Virus record (IMG/VR): IMGVR_UViG_3300044971_004534
Direction: 5' to 3' (one strand)
Length of the DNA stretch: 64,000 bases
Origin: a virus
Below, piece by piece: positions 15,306 to 25,341 of the stretch. The number at the start of each line of letters is the position of its first letter. The first letter of the stretch is position 1. Under the pieces are notes generated by a model. That model had not been told where the DNA came from and ran no database searches. It saw nothing but the letters and a program-made list of their open reading frames with translations. A program made the position numbers and the translations under genes.

Positions 15306-17812
15306 ATTTCAGCCAATGCATCTGGTGCAGTTCCAAATGTATTTCTTCTTAGTGCACTCATATGTTTGAGAGCATTCCATTTTTCTTGTCTAATTCTTGC
15401 AATCTGCTCTCTGGCATCAACTGCCGTTGATGTGGCAGCTTTCTTCTCTGCTTCAGTGAGGTTCTGTATCTTTTCTGCTATCTTTTTCTTTTCCTGAAGT
15501 AGATTGTAGAACTTTCTGTCTAAGGTGTTGTCAGCAATCATATATGTGACGTTGATAGATTTTTTAGAGCTGATACGATAGAACCTACCCAAAGACTGGT
15601 CGTCGTCGCTTGGAGACCAGTCAAAGTCATTGACAATTACATCTGTTAATATGTTTGGAAAGTCAAGACCTGTACCTCCCGCATCTATACTTATCACAAT
15701 CGCCATATAATCAGATAGTGGCGATTTGAATTCAGATATAAGAGATTGTCTTTCTGTTCTGTTTTGCCCACCATAAATGGCAGCTGCTTTTTTATTTTTT
15801 CCTGGATACATAGATTGCAGTTCTAAGTTTAGCTGTCTTTGTATTTCTTTCAGAGAATCGGAATGTGCGGTAAATATACCAACTTTATGCCCCTGTTCCA
15901 TAATAGAAATAGCTAAAGCTACCGTATTCGGAACTTTGCTCATAGCAATTTTTTCTCTTATTTTGCTCATTTCTTGAGCAGTTGGTCTTTCTTTATTTTT
16001 TACTCCCTGTAAAACACTTTCAATTTCGTCAGAAGACAAAGATATTGGGCTTTCATTAATATTCATATCAGGTATATTTGGATTGACTTCTTTCTTACTT
16101 CTTCTTATGTAGACGCCTTGGTCTGTAAGCAAGTCTCTAATCATATCTGCTTTTTGAAAACTTTCATCCTCATCATCAGAAGATTCAAAGCGCTTTTTGA
16201 ATTCAGCATAATCCATATTTCCAAGTCCATGATTAATGGCTTGTAGCTGATTTAGCAAGTCTCTTGGCTTATTCGCAACGATAGTAGCAGAAGCCCCCCA
16301 TACGAATGGAATGTGCTTAGTTACCTCTTGTACATTGAAGGTTCTATGGCTATTTTTATGTTTTAAGAAACCATTTGCGTTTTTGTTTTCTGGATTTCCA
16401 TTTTTAACCATATGGATTTCATCTAATATGCATACTTTGAATTTTCCATTTTTTGCATAATTTATTAATGTTTCTGTCACCACTTCTCTTAACGGCTTTG
16501 CAGATCCGTCAGATGTCGCAACAGCAGAATCTTCTTCAAAAAGCTGATAGGGCAAAACTGTCCATTTAGATGGTGCTTGCCAATTTTCAGATATATCAGC
16601 ATCAGAAGCTCCTGTGATTTTCTGGATTTCTACAACAAGTTGTGGTACCACAGCATTTTTAGTTATAATAAGACATCCAGGACCACTTTTGGACATTCTA
16701 ATATCAGCTGCAACTATACATTGAATAGTTTTTCCTACACCTACTTCATCTCCTAGTAAAGCACTTTGTCTTGAATATAAGAACTGTATGCCCTTTACTT
16801 GTGCTGGGAAAAACTTTTTATCTTCTTCTGGAATATCTAAATGCCTGAAGAACATTTTTTCATATTGTGAAACGAGTTCTAAAAATTCCTTATTGGTTTT
16901 GAATCCATCTAATTGTCCGTCTATTCTGGTTTTCTGTATTTTCTTTTTTCTGGCGAGTTCGTCTATCAAGGCCCCCATTGCTGTTGTATTGAAATTGTTT
17001 TTCTCAAGCATGGTTTGTAAAGACTTTAATTCTCTGTAGTCGCATCTTAAGTAATAAGTAGTTCTCATGCTGTTTTTTATCACAGCTACTTTATATTGTG
17101 GTTCGTTATTGTTTGCACTATCTGTCTTGTTTGGGAAAAGAAAAGATATTACATTATCCATTTCTTGTGCAACTACGGATGGATCTCTGCTCCCCTGATT
17201 TGCAGTTATTTTCATAATCCAGTTTGGATAATCTGAAACTTCAGCAAGAACCATGGGATTTACATATCCTTCTCTATCCTCAGGTGCATTATTTACAATT
17301 GGAGTCAATGGCGATACGTCAAACCTGCTTGCCAGAAGAGCATTAACAAATTGTCTTATCAGATTTCTTGTAACACTAGATATAATGTATGTATTGTCTC
17401 CAACTGGAGCAACTTTATTCTCAAATATTCTTTTAACTATACTGTAAAATATTGCACTAAACTTGTCGGTACCGGTGCTTCTATCTTGCGTCTTGATAGT
17501 CAAGTCTCCAAATTTATCAAAAGACACTACTTTTATAATTGTGTCTTCATTATTTCTAGTGGACTGAGGAACATCAAATACTGTGGTATCATGTGATCGT
17601 AGGCCAATCTCTGTCAGTATGTTTTCTACTGCCATCTTATATTGAAAATTAGATTGCATAGTCTTTCTTGATCCAAATGAGGTAGTCATGATCAATGGTA
17701 TTTTTGCAGCTGCAGCTTTATGAGCAAATCTGCAAAATTCGTCTGGAGCAACCCCAATAAGGGTTATGAAAAGATTTCCCAATCTGTCGATATTAAATGT
17801 GTACGTACTCAT
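15302..17812 (-). CDS. SNF2/RAD54-family helicase with about 330-aa N-terminal domain of unknown function
   Basis: Motif I LGDEVGVGKT, motif II ILDEIHMVKN, C-terminal helicase motif DAGGTGLDF. Confidence 0.85.
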   Translation of the reverse strand: MSTYTFNIDRLGNLFITLIGVAPDEFCRFAHKAAAAKIPLIMTTSFGSRKTMQSNFQYKMAVENILTEIGLRSHDTTVFDVPQSTRNNEDTIIKVVSFDKFGDLTIKTQDRSTGTDKFSAIFYSIVKRIFENKVAPVGDNTYIISSVTRNLIRQFVNALLASRFDVSPLTPIVNNAPEDREGYVNPMVLAEVSDYPNWIMKITANQGSRDPSVVAQEMDNVISFLFPNKTDSANNNEPQYKVAVIKNSMRTTYYLRCDYRELKSLQTMLEKNNFNTTAMGALIDELARKKKIQKTRIDGQLDGFKTNKEFLELVSQYEKMFFRHLDIPEEDKKFFPAQVKGIQFLYSRQSALLGDEVGVGKTIQCIVAADIRMSKSGPGCLIITKNAVVPQLVVEIQKITGASDADISENWQAPSKWTVLPYQLFEEDSAVATSDGSAKPLREVVTETLINYAKNGKFKVCILDEIHMVKNGNPENKNANGFLKHKNSHRTFNVQEVTKHIPFVWGASATIVANKPRDLLNQLQAINHGLGNMDYAEFKKRFESSDDEDESFQKADMIRDLLTDQGVYIRRSKKEVNPNIPDMNINESPISLSSDEIESVLQGVKNKERPTAQEMSKIREKIAMSKVPNTVALAISIMEQGHKVGIFTAHSDSLKEIQRQLNLELQSMYPGKNKKAAAIYGGQNRTERQSLISEFKSPLSDYMAIVISIDAGGTGLDFPNILTDVIVNDFDWSPSDDDQSLGRFYRISSKKSINVTYMIADNTLDRKFYNLLQEKKKIAEKIQNLTEAEKKAATSTAVDAREQIARIRQEKWNALKHMSALRRNTFGTAPDALAEI

Positions 17813-17841
17813 TATTTATATTTTTCGAGGACTTTCGGTCC

Positions 17842-18600
17842 ATGACCTCCATATTTACCATATTAACTGCAAGCTATAACAATATTTCGTATCTTGAACA
17901 ATGGATGAACAGTATTTTATTACAAGATTACAGGCCTTTACGTGTTTCTTTCGTTGATGACTGCAGCACAGACGGGACAGATCAAAATTTTCATAAATAT
18001 GCTCAAAAATTGGCCAACAAAGACATACAAGTAGAATACGTAAAAAACAGCAAAAGACTTTTTTATGGAAATTGCTTAAAGGTTGCTTACGACATGTCTA
18101 AAGGCGATTTTTTTGGCTCTCTTGATGCTGATGATGGATTAACCCCAGATGCGGTATCTTCGGTCATGGAACAATATAATAAATATCCTCATATTGGGTA
18201 TGTGTATACTCAGTTCAAAATGTGTGATATTCATTTGAATCCAATTAAGCGAGGATTTAGTTCATGTCCTCCACATGGTAGCAGTCTATTAAACGAAGGT
18301 AAGCGCAATAAGCATTGCTATAGTCATTTTAGAACTTTTTCTAATAGAATAGAAAGATTGGAAAAAATATGGGCAAAAGACCTTAAATGTGCGGTGGATA
18401 AATATATGGGATATAGGCTAGAGGAGCTTGCTGACGGCTTATTCCTTGATAGGGAATGCTACCTGTGGAGGACGGGCAGAAAAGACTCTATAGGGCATAC
18501 AGAGCCATCTAGGGCGCAATGGACTAAAGTTATGATGGAAGCCCGTAAGAGAAGAGCAATGTGGAAACTTAGTCCTAGACCTATTTTACATATAAAATGA
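17842..18600 (+). CDS. glycosyltransferase family 2
   Basis: FTILTASYNN...FVDDCSTDGT and LDADD motifs. ATG 17842 is divergent from the SNF2 gene. Confidence 0.8.
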   Translation: MTSIFTILTASYNNISYLEQWMNSILLQDYRPLRVSFVDDCSTDGTDQNFHKYAQKLANKDIQVEYVKNSKRLFYGNCLKVAYDMSKGDFFGSLDADDGLTPDAVSSVMEQYNKYPHIGYVYTQFKMCDIHLNPIKRGFSSCPPHGSSLLNEGKRNKHCYSHFRTFSNRIERLEKIWAKDLKCAVDKYMGYRLEELADGLFLDRECYLWRTGRKDSIGHTEPSRAQWTKVMMEARKRRAMWKLSPRPILHIK

Positions 18601-20957
18601 AGATTTCTGTTATAACTACACTTTTTAATTATAAGTGTTATATTTTAGAGTGCGTTAAGAGTGTAATATCTCAGGATTTTACAGATCTTGAAATGATTAT
18701 CGTAGATGACGGTTCTTCTGATGGTGGACCAGAATATGTAGAAAGAAAATTTCAAAACGATCCAAGAGTAAAATTAGTTCGTCTATCTAAAAATTATGGA
18801 TATTCTGTTGCTAAAAATGTTGGCATAGCTATGTCTAGCGGAGATTTTATATGTATGCTTGATGCTGACGACATGTTAATGCCAAGCTCCCTGTCCAAGC
18901 GTTATAATAAAATAAAAGAAGGTTTTGACCTGGTTCATGGTTGGGCGTATAATTTTTCAAAAAATAGAAGATGGGAAAATGAATTAAGAAAAAAATGGAT
19001 TGATAATAAAAAGCCAGTTTACCAATGGAAGAATATACATCCGCAATGTGTTCTTTTAAGAAAAAACATTCACAATCTAGTTGGTCTTTATGATGAAGAC
19101 TTAAGATGTAAAAGTGATAGAGAGATGTGGGCTAGAATATACAATCATGGGTTTAAGATAGGATTTATTGACGAACCAGTTGCTCTTTACAGGCAGCATG
19201 GTGATCAAATGCATAAGAGTCCTTGGAAAATAAAGAATAACAAAAGGTTGAGTAGCGAGCTTCTCAGTCTTGTCGAAATAAGAAAGACTGATTTGTCGGA
19301 ATGCAAAATATTATCTAATTATAATTGGAAAGAAAAAATATTGAGTAAGCAAAAATTAAATAATACAGATGCGGAACCTATTGCTAGAGAAAATCCAGCT
19401 GATCTTTATCCAGAAGAGTTTTTTTCAAAGAGGACAAAAGATAAGCACAATTGGGGTGTCGCGATGGGGAAATATTTAGCAATGAAACTTGGCTCTTCTT
19501 CCATGATAGATTGGGGCTGCGGAATAGGCTCGCTTATATCTGGAGCAAAAGAGCAGGGTGTCAATAAAGTGTTGGGGATTGAGGTGGGTTATGAGGCGGC
19601 AAAGCCTTATTTGGTTGAAAATATAAAGCAAGATGTAATGTACGGAAATGCTGCTGAAAAGAGTGATTTTGGCAAATTTGACACTGCAGTATCGGTAGAG
19701 GTTGCAGAACACCTTTTACCAGAACAAGCAGACATGTTTTGTGAAAATATTGCCAATAGCTCTTCTCGCATGATAGTGATTACTGCGGCAAGACCAGGAC
19801 AAGAGGGTGTTTATCATTTTAATTGTCAGCCAAAAGAGTATTGGATAAATAAAATACAAAAATTTGGTTTCTTATACAGATCAGATCTATCTGAAAAAAT
19901 ATCAAAAGGATGGAAAGACAATGTGCCAGGAATACCTTCCTATCTTACGCAGAACGTAATGGTGTTCAAGATAGATAGTAAATGCCCCGAAGACATAAAA
20001 AAAAAGATAAGCAATAAGTTTTTAGCTCAAGATTCAATTAGAATAAGTTTTGACTTACCAGACAATGACTCAAGTGGTAAACATAAGTTTTTTCAAAGAG
20101 TAAGAGAAAACATATCTGATTTTGGTTGTAAGATTGTCAGTTCGCATGAAAAATCAGACATACATTTTTACATCAATAATCCTAATAAAAAATCAATAGT
20201 CAACATAAAAAGACTCGATGGCGTATACTTTGACGGAACTCATGGTACAAAAGTTAGAAATGCTGGCATATTGCATTCTATGAAAGTTTCTGATGGAATA
20301 ATATACCAGAGCAAGTATTGCAAAGATTACGCTTGTAAGATACTTAATTTTAATTCAAATAAGCCTAATGCAATAATATACAATGGATGTGATCCTAGAG
20401 AATTTTTAGTAGAGCCAAAGGACATAGGTTTTCCATACTTTTTAGCTTTATGTAAATGGCGTAGACATAAAAGGCTAAAAGAGTCAGTGGATGGCTTCCT
20501 GAGGGCTGAAATAAACGGAGTAAAGCTAGTTGTTTGTGGTCCACCAGACTATCATGTTTCCCATCCAAGTATAATATATGCTGGAGATTTGCATAGAGAA
20601 GAATTAGCTAGATATATTGCTGGCTGTATTGGTACTGTTCATCTTGCATGGATAGATTGGTGTCCAAATTCAGTAGTAGAGAGCGTAGTGGCTGGCAAGC
20701 AGGTTATTCACACTAATTCTGGAGGCACATCAGAGATAGTAAAACATAGAGGTTACATCGTAAATGATAAAGTTTGGCATGGAGAGCAGGCAAGTCCAAA
20801 AAATCCACCAGACATTAGTATTGATGAAGTTGCAAATGCTTACATAAACAGTTATAAAAATCCAATTTCAAATTTTGAGTATGACGATCTTTTGATATCA
20901 AATTCTTCTAAAAAATATGTAGAGTTTGGAATTTCGGTTTTGAGGAATAAAAAATGA
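18597..20957 (+). CDS. three-domain fusion: GT2 glycosyltransferase, SAM methyltransferase, GT4-like glycosyltransferase
   Basis: N-terminal VITTLFNY...IIVDDGSSDG plus MLDADD. Middle IDWGCGIGSL...VSVEVAEHL (class I MTase motifs I and post-II). C-terminal ...VVESVVAGKQVIHTNSGGTSEIV (GT4 E-x7-E region). Confidence 0.8.
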   Translation: MKISVITTLFNYKCYILECVKSVISQDFTDLEMIIVDDGSSDGGPEYVERKFQNDPRVKLVRLSKNYGYSVAKNVGIAMSSGDFICMLDADDMLMPSSLSKRYNKIKEGFDLVHGWAYNFSKNRRWENELRKKWIDNKKPVYQWKNIHPQCVLLRKNIHNLVGLYDEDLRCKSDREMWARIYNHGFKIGFIDEPVALYRQHGDQMHKSPWKIKNNKRLSSELLSLVEIRKTDLSECKILSNYNWKEKILSKQKLNNTDAEPIARENPADLYPEEFFSKRTKDKHNWGVAMGKYLAMKLGSSSMIDWGCGIGSLISGAKEQGVNKVLGIEVGYEAAKPYLVENIKQDVMYGNAAEKSDFGKFDTAVSVEVAEHLLPEQADMFCENIANSSSRMIVITAARPGQEGVYHFNCQPKEYWINKIQKFGFLYRSDLSEKISKGWKDNVPGIPSYLTQNVMVFKIDSKCPEDIKKKISNKFLAQDSIRISFDLPDNDSSGKHKFFQRVRENISDFGCKIVSSHEKSDIHFYINNPNKKSIVNIKRLDGVYFDGTHGTKVRNAGILHSMKVSDGIIYQSKYCKDYACKILNFNSNKPNAIIYNGCDPREFLVEPKDIGFPYFLALCKWRRHKRLKESVDGFLRAEINGVKLVVCGPPDYHVSHPSIIYAGDLHREELARYIAGCIGTVHLAWIDWCPNSVVESVVAGKQVIHTNSGGTSEIVKHRGYIVNDKVWHGEQASPKNPPDISIDEVANAYINSYKNPISNFEYDDLLISNSSKKYVEFGISVLRNKK

Positions 20958-21895
20958 TTAGTCATGTTATTTTGCACTATAACAGGCCGTGGCTTTTAAA
21001 AGCTCATATATGTTTATTAAAATTATTTTGTCCATCAGTATCTGAAATTGTTATAGCAGACGATGGCTCTGATAAGAGAGTTTTAGACTTAGTACAATCA
21101 TTTGGAGCTGATCATGTATATGTACAGAGTAATCATCGTTTTGAGTGGGGTAAAAGTTCTGCATCTAATACTTTGATGAGTGGTATAAAAAAATGCAAAA
21201 ACAAGTATATTAGTTTTTCTGAGGATGATTTTTTTGTGTGCCCGAATGGTATAGATGATAGCTCTTTTTATAATAATGGAGAGTATCCAAATTCAAAAAT
21301 ATCTGGTGGTGTAGATCCATTTGCAGATTGTCTTTTTTTGTTTAAAAGTCAAAAGGCCATAATGATTCAGCCTTCTAGGGACGCTAATGGATGGAAGGGT
21401 GTTCCATGTACTGGTAAAAATAGATCAAATCAACTGCAATGGTGTCAAATGGATCACGTTAAAAAGACTAGATTTTATTACAGTAATTGGCCTTGGGTCA
21501 TGCCAGCTACGATTGCAAAACACTTAGACATACCTAAGGACTCTGGCATGTGGACAGTTGAAAGTCATTTAAACAAATGGATGGCAAAAAACTTTGGTAC
21601 TGGCAATTGGAACTGGTGTGCCAGCAAGAGAATGTTTGTTCATGTTGGTCTGCCATTTTCCAAAAAAGATATGAGATATTCTGAAAAAACAGAAAAATCT
21701 ATGATAAGGAATGAGCAATCAAAAGCATTTGCAGACTCAATAGGTCAAAGAGAAGCTTTTTCCAATATAGATGATTTTAATAAAATATTTTTAAATAAGT
21801 GGTTAGAGAAAAAAGTAGATATATCCATAAGCGACCTCTCAACAATTGGAATAAAGAATACTTTTTCAAAATTTGCATCAGAGGTAATGGCTTGA
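20954..21895 (+). CDS. glycosyltransferase-like protein (GT-A fold, GT2-like)
   Basis: VILHYNRP...IVIADDGSD and SEDDFF motifs. ATGA overlap with the upstream gene. Confidence 0.55.
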   Translation: MISHVILHYNRPWLLKAHICLLKLFCPSVSEIVIADDGSDKRVLDLVQSFGADHVYVQSNHRFEWGKSSASNTLMSGIKKCKNKYISFSEDDFFVCPNGIDDSSFYNNGEYPNSKISGGVDPFADCLFLFKSQKAIMIQPSRDANGWKGVPCTGKNRSNQLQWCQMDHVKKTRFYYSNWPWVMPATIAKHLDIPKDSGMWTVESHLNKWMAKNFGTGNWNWCASKRMFVHVGLPFSKKDMRYSEKTEKSMIRNEQSKAFADSIGQREAFSNIDDFNKIFLNKWLEKKVDISISDLSTIGIKNTFSKFASEVMA

Positions 21896-22791
21896 ATATA
21901 GATTATGTAGTTCTTCATTGGAATAGGCCATATTTTGCTGAAGCTAATGTAAAATTGGCCAAAATGTATTTTCCATTTATAAGAAACTTTATTTTACTAG
22001 ATGATGGCTCAAGACAGGAGTGCGTTGATGCATTAAAGCCTAACTTTGACATTGTTTTTCAAAATGGCAAGAATCGTAATGAATGGAAAAAAGGAAGTGT
22101 TGGTAGATTGTTTGAGTCTTTTTTTAAGCAGTCTGATGCAGATTTTATTATTTTTACAGAAGACGATTTTTTCCCATGCACATCTTATTTTGATGATACT
22201 AGTACAGACAATACACTAATATCTCCCGATGTATTATTTTCAAAAGATACATGTTTCAAAGACTTGACAAATAAAATAGAAAAAATAAACACCCCATTCT
22301 TTTACCTCCAATTGGCAAAGTCAAATTATGGATGGAAGTGTTTAGAGACTTATGAGTACAGTGATGACTTTTTAAGAGTGGTTCCACAGCCAGAAAAAAG
22401 AATATATAGCAACTGGCCTTGGCTAATGGGCAAGTCTGTATTTAAAAAATGCATGCACACTCTAGGAGAAATCCCAATATGGCAAATGGAAAACATCGTT
22501 GATAAAAATATAAAGAATATCAATAGAATGAAACCATTGTGTGTAAGACAAAAAATGTTTATACACGTCGGATTCATCTGTACAACTAGAAGAGACCAAT
22601 TTAAATCAATAGGGAAATTTAATCAAAATAGATTAAATGGATCAAGTGCTTTTAGCGGCGAAAATCAAGAAAGTCTTGACGCGATAAGAGATGAGTACAT
22701 AGAAAAGTACTTGAATGGCAGTGCAATTAATATTGAGGATCTTTTTATTAAGGGCCTTCATTACGCCCTTAAAGGTTTTATTGCTGCGTAG
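21892..22791 (+). CDS. glycosyltransferase-like protein, tandem paralogue of 20954..21895
   Basis: VVLHWNRP...ILLDDGSR, TEDDFF and SNWPW blocks are shared with the preceding gene. A TTG start at 21892 (TTGA overlap, GAGGT upstream) is proposed because no in-frame ATG lies downstream of the overlap. Confidence 0.5.
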   Translation: MNIDYVVLHWNRPYFAEANVKLAKMYFPFIRNFILLDDGSRQECVDALKPNFDIVFQNGKNRNEWKKGSVGRLFESFFKQSDADFIIFTEDDFFPCTSYFDDTSTDNTLISPDVLFSKDTCFKDLTNKIEKINTPFFYLQLAKSNYGWKCLETYEYSDDFLRVVPQPEKRIYSNWPWLMGKSVFKKCMHTLGEIPIWQMENIVDKNIKNINRMKPLCVRQKMFIHVGFICTTRRDQFKSIGKFNQNRLNGSSAFSGENQESLDAIRDEYIEKYLNGSAINIEDLFIKGLHYALKGFIAA

Positions 22792-23182
22792 GAACTTCTT
22801 GTACTACGCCAGCAAGCGGTATTGGTTGGCTTATTGGCTGCCATCCAGAAAGCAAGTTGCTATCTTTTGGCTTGCCTCCAACTTCCGTATTTACTGCAAC
22901 GGTTACATGGGGCTTGCGTCCGTCTTTGATATCATATCCCTGCACTCCTACAGCTATCACCTTTTCGTCCTTGGCCCATTCTGATGCTGTTAGATTGATA
23001 ATTTTACCTACGTCTTTTTTATTTTTAGCAGGCCCCATGTTTATGGTCATGTGATGCGCATAGATCTTCCATCCTTTTGGAATGAAAGTGCTCATTCTTT
23101 CAATGAGCATTTGATGACTTGCTTGGTCTAGCAAGATTCCAGTATATGAAACTGTGGAGTTGGCTTTTTTGTACCAATTCAT
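22778..23182 (-). CDS. 2H-phosphoesterase superfamily protein (two HxT motifs)
   Basis: 135 aa from MNWYKK. AHHMTI (H44-x-T46) and PHVTVA (H92-x-T94) form the paired H-x-T/S signature of 2H cyclic/RNA phosphodiesterases. The longest ORF would run over tRNA-Gln. Confidence 0.6.
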   Translation of the reverse strand: MNWYKKANSTVSYTGILLDQASHQMLIERMSTFIPKGWKIYAHHMTINMGPAKNKKDVGKIINLTASEWAKDEKVIAVGVQGYDIKDGRKPHVTVAVNTEVGGKPKDSNLLSGWQPISQPIPLAGVVQEVPTQQ

Positions 23183-23260
23183 GTCGTATAATTTTATTTC
23201 ACTATTGCGGCTATTCTTTCCTCTCTTATTGCTGCTCTGGATACGATATAAGTAGAGTAT

Positions 23261-23331
23261 TGCCCCGTGATGTAACGGTAGCATCGGAGCCTTTGAAGCT
23301 TTTTGTCTTGGTTCGAATCCAAGCGGGGCAG
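23261..23331 (+). tRNA. tRNA-Gln (anticodon UUG)
   Basis: Manual fold: TGCCCCG/CGGGGCA acceptor (U1:A72, G73 as in bacterial tRNA-Gln), anticodon loop CTTTGAA, T-arm CTTGG-TTCGAAT-CCAAG. Confidence 0.9.
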
Positions 23332-23335
23332 TTTT

Positions 23336-23731
23336 ATGAGTAAGAATGATCTTTCAAAAATTGAATTTATATTTCCAAAACTTCTTCAAATTTGGGATAA
23401 AGCACCAGATGCAAGACCTGCGTCTATGTCTAACGTAAAAAAAGCACACGATCTTTGGGAATGGTGTGATGAAAGATCTATGGATTTTGAAGATCTTGAA
23501 ACATACTTAAGTATGTTTATTGTAGAAAAAATGTCTAAGTTTTTTACAATTTGCGTAACAGTAAAAAACGGTATACAAGAAGTTAAAAATATAGATGAAA
23601 ATATATCCGTTTCTGGATTCAATATTATATCTTCAATGTCTGAGTTGGTAAAAGCATCTGACAATATTATGCAAATTAAAAGCAGTCCTATTGAAATTAT
23701 AAAAAGAACTGTTCTTAATTCTGCTAGATGA
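23336..23731 (+). CDS. hypothetical protein
   Basis: ATG lies 4 nt (TTTT) after the tRNA-Gln 3' end. 131-aa ORF. Confidence 0.55.
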   Translation: MSKNDLSKIEFIFPKLLQIWDKAPDARPASMSNVKKAHDLWEWCDERSMDFEDLETYLSMFIVEKMSKFFTICVTVKNGIQEVKNIDENISVSGFNIISSMSELVKASDNIMQIKSSPIEIIKRTVLNSAR

Positions 23732-24001
23732 TTAGCGGAGCCTTAAAACATGCACGCACATTTCTGATCTTCTCGGGAAAGCTTCGATATGTTTTTTTAT
23801 TTCTATAAAATTAACATTCTCTATTAGTTCTTGATTGTTTAATGTTTTTTCTAGCAAAGAATTAAATTCTTTTACTACTTCGTTTTCAGCATCTTGTTTT
23901 AACGCCTCTTTCCACAAAGATATATCCCATCCAAATATTTTACTTATTCCAAGCTGGGGTAGCGAGTCAAGGTTGTTCGATAAAGAGTTGTAGGAAAGCA
24001 T
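23732..24001 (-). CDS. hypothetical protein (start uncertain)
   Basis: The ORF is open to 24193 but there overlaps the + strand ORF 24006..24617. The internal ATG at 24001 avoids the clash. Confidence 0.35.
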   Translation of the reverse strand: MLSYNSLSNNLDSLPQLGISKIFGWDISLWKEALKQDAENEVVKEFNSLLEKTLNNQELIENVNFIEIKKHIEAFPRRSEMCVHVLRLR

Positions 24002-24005
24002 ATTT

Positions 24006-24617
24006 ATGCAGAAGAATATAGTATATAATTCAGAAAAATTTGAAAAGTTCTTTGCTGAACCTTTTGATTTTTCATCTCGAATTTCTCTGGAAAAGCATAT
24101 TATACAATCAGTGGGACATGAATTAATAACTCCAGAAGAAAGATCAAAAATAATATTAAAGACTTCTTTTATGCGATCAGAATCTGGAGGCATAGTTACA
24201 TACCAAGGTGGTCATCCAGTCCGTAAATTTGTTACAAAATTGATGCAAATAATGAGATCTTTAGAGCCAGAAAATGTTCTTTTCTGGATGAATCATTTAC
24301 AGTCTGATGAAGTTAATCGTAGTACCTTGCAAAGATGCTGGAGGTCTTCCATAATGCGCATGAGTGAAAATTGGCAGACTCATGCATTTCGTGTTTGGAG
24401 TTTCCCTACAGGCCAAAAATGGCAGTCTTTTAATTGCGTTATAATATTGCCTAGTCGTGATGTATCAGAATCTTATAAACATCTTGATGGTGCTTTAAAC
24501 AATTTTGGATTTTCTAGCTCTACTGGGTTTGTGAGAAGAAATAAGCATGGTTTGCCTCCTTTTTGCATGCACTTGAACATGGATTTATTGAATGAATGTA
24601 TCATAGAGATGAAATGA
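24006..24617 (+). CDS. hypothetical protein (start uncertain)
   Basis: 203-aa ORF. Its first 60 codons overlap the alternative long form of the minus-strand ORF. Confidence 0.45.
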   Translation: MQKNIVYNSEKFEKFFAEPFDFSSRISLEKHIIQSVGHELITPEERSKIILKTSFMRSESGGIVTYQGGHPVRKFVTKLMQIMRSLEPENVLFWMNHLQSDEVNRSTLQRCWRSSIMRMSENWQTHAFRVWSFPTGQKWQSFNCVIILPSRDVSESYKHLDGALNNFGFSSSTGFVRRNKHGLPPFCMHLNMDLLNECIIEMK

Positions 24618-24632
24618 TGGATATATAAAGAT

Positions 24633-25235
24633 ATGAGCACTCAAAATTCAAATCAAAAAAACCATAATAGCATAAGCAAGAAAAGTCATAAAAATATTAT
24701 GCAAAAAAATCTATCACATTGGAGCAAGCATTATCAGAATTCGTATCCAAACTCCAATTCTACTTACAATGTTTATCCACACAGCTGGAAAGACTCTGAA
24801 GAGAAAACAGAAAAAATTGATTTAGGCTTTGACGGTTGGGAGTTCAATCTAACAACTAACTCTTGGACATGTAAAATAGATGGAATACGAAACTTTGCTG
24901 ATAGCGGCGTAAATATTTTAATATCTGCAAAGATAAACTCTGGCAGTATGAACAGTTTTTTTCATGTGCTTTTATCTAATAATACAGCTAGTCCCAGTGA
25001 GGATGTTCAGCAAGACTTTGATGACAATAGCATCGAAGTCAGATTAACAATCAAGTCTGCAGACGAAGACTATAAGAAATGGTTTAAAAATTGGAATATT
25101 AATCAAGAAGGAATGTCTTTGACTTTTAACTCAAAAGACAACGGGCCTATCATTGAAAGCCTATCTTCTATAAATCAAATTATAGAAAAAATTAAAGGGA
25201 GATTAATCCTTGAAAAACTCTCACAAAGAAAATAA
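24633..25235 (+). CDS. hypothetical Asn/Ser-rich protein
   Basis: 200-aa ORF. Confidence 0.55.
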   Translation: MSTQNSNQKNHNSISKKSHKNIMQKNLSHWSKHYQNSYPNSNSTYNVYPHSWKDSEEKTEKIDLGFDGWEFNLTTNSWTCKIDGIRNFADSGVNILISAKINSGSMNSFFHVLLSNNTASPSEDVQQDFDDNSIEVRLTIKSADEDYKKWFKNWNINQEGMSLTFNSKDNGPIIESLSSINQIIEKIKGRLILEKLSQRK

Positions 25236-25263
25236 GATAGATAAATACGCTTTTAAAATATGG

Positions 25264-25341
25264 ATGAGCGGCTTTGTCGTTGGTGTAATTTTAACTTTTT
25301 CTTTTGTCAGCTTAGTGCTAATGTTAAATTCAGCACACTAA
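25264..25341 (+). CDS. possible 25-aa single-pass membrane peptide
   Basis: Encodes MSGFVVGVILTFSFVSLVLMLNSAH. Below the ORF-track cutoff and found by eye in the gap between convergent genes. Confidence 0.25.
   Translation: MSGFVVGVILTFSFVSLVLMLNSAH

Noticed and set aside
23732-24617. Mutually overlapping long forms of the divergent ORFs 23732..24193 (-) and 24006..24617 (+).
   Set aside because: Both full-length forms cannot comfortably coexist because they overlap by 188 nt at their 5' ends. I kept the plus ORF full length and shortened the minus ORF to ATG 24001. That leaves only 4 nt between the start codons, so the real starts remain unresolved without expression data.
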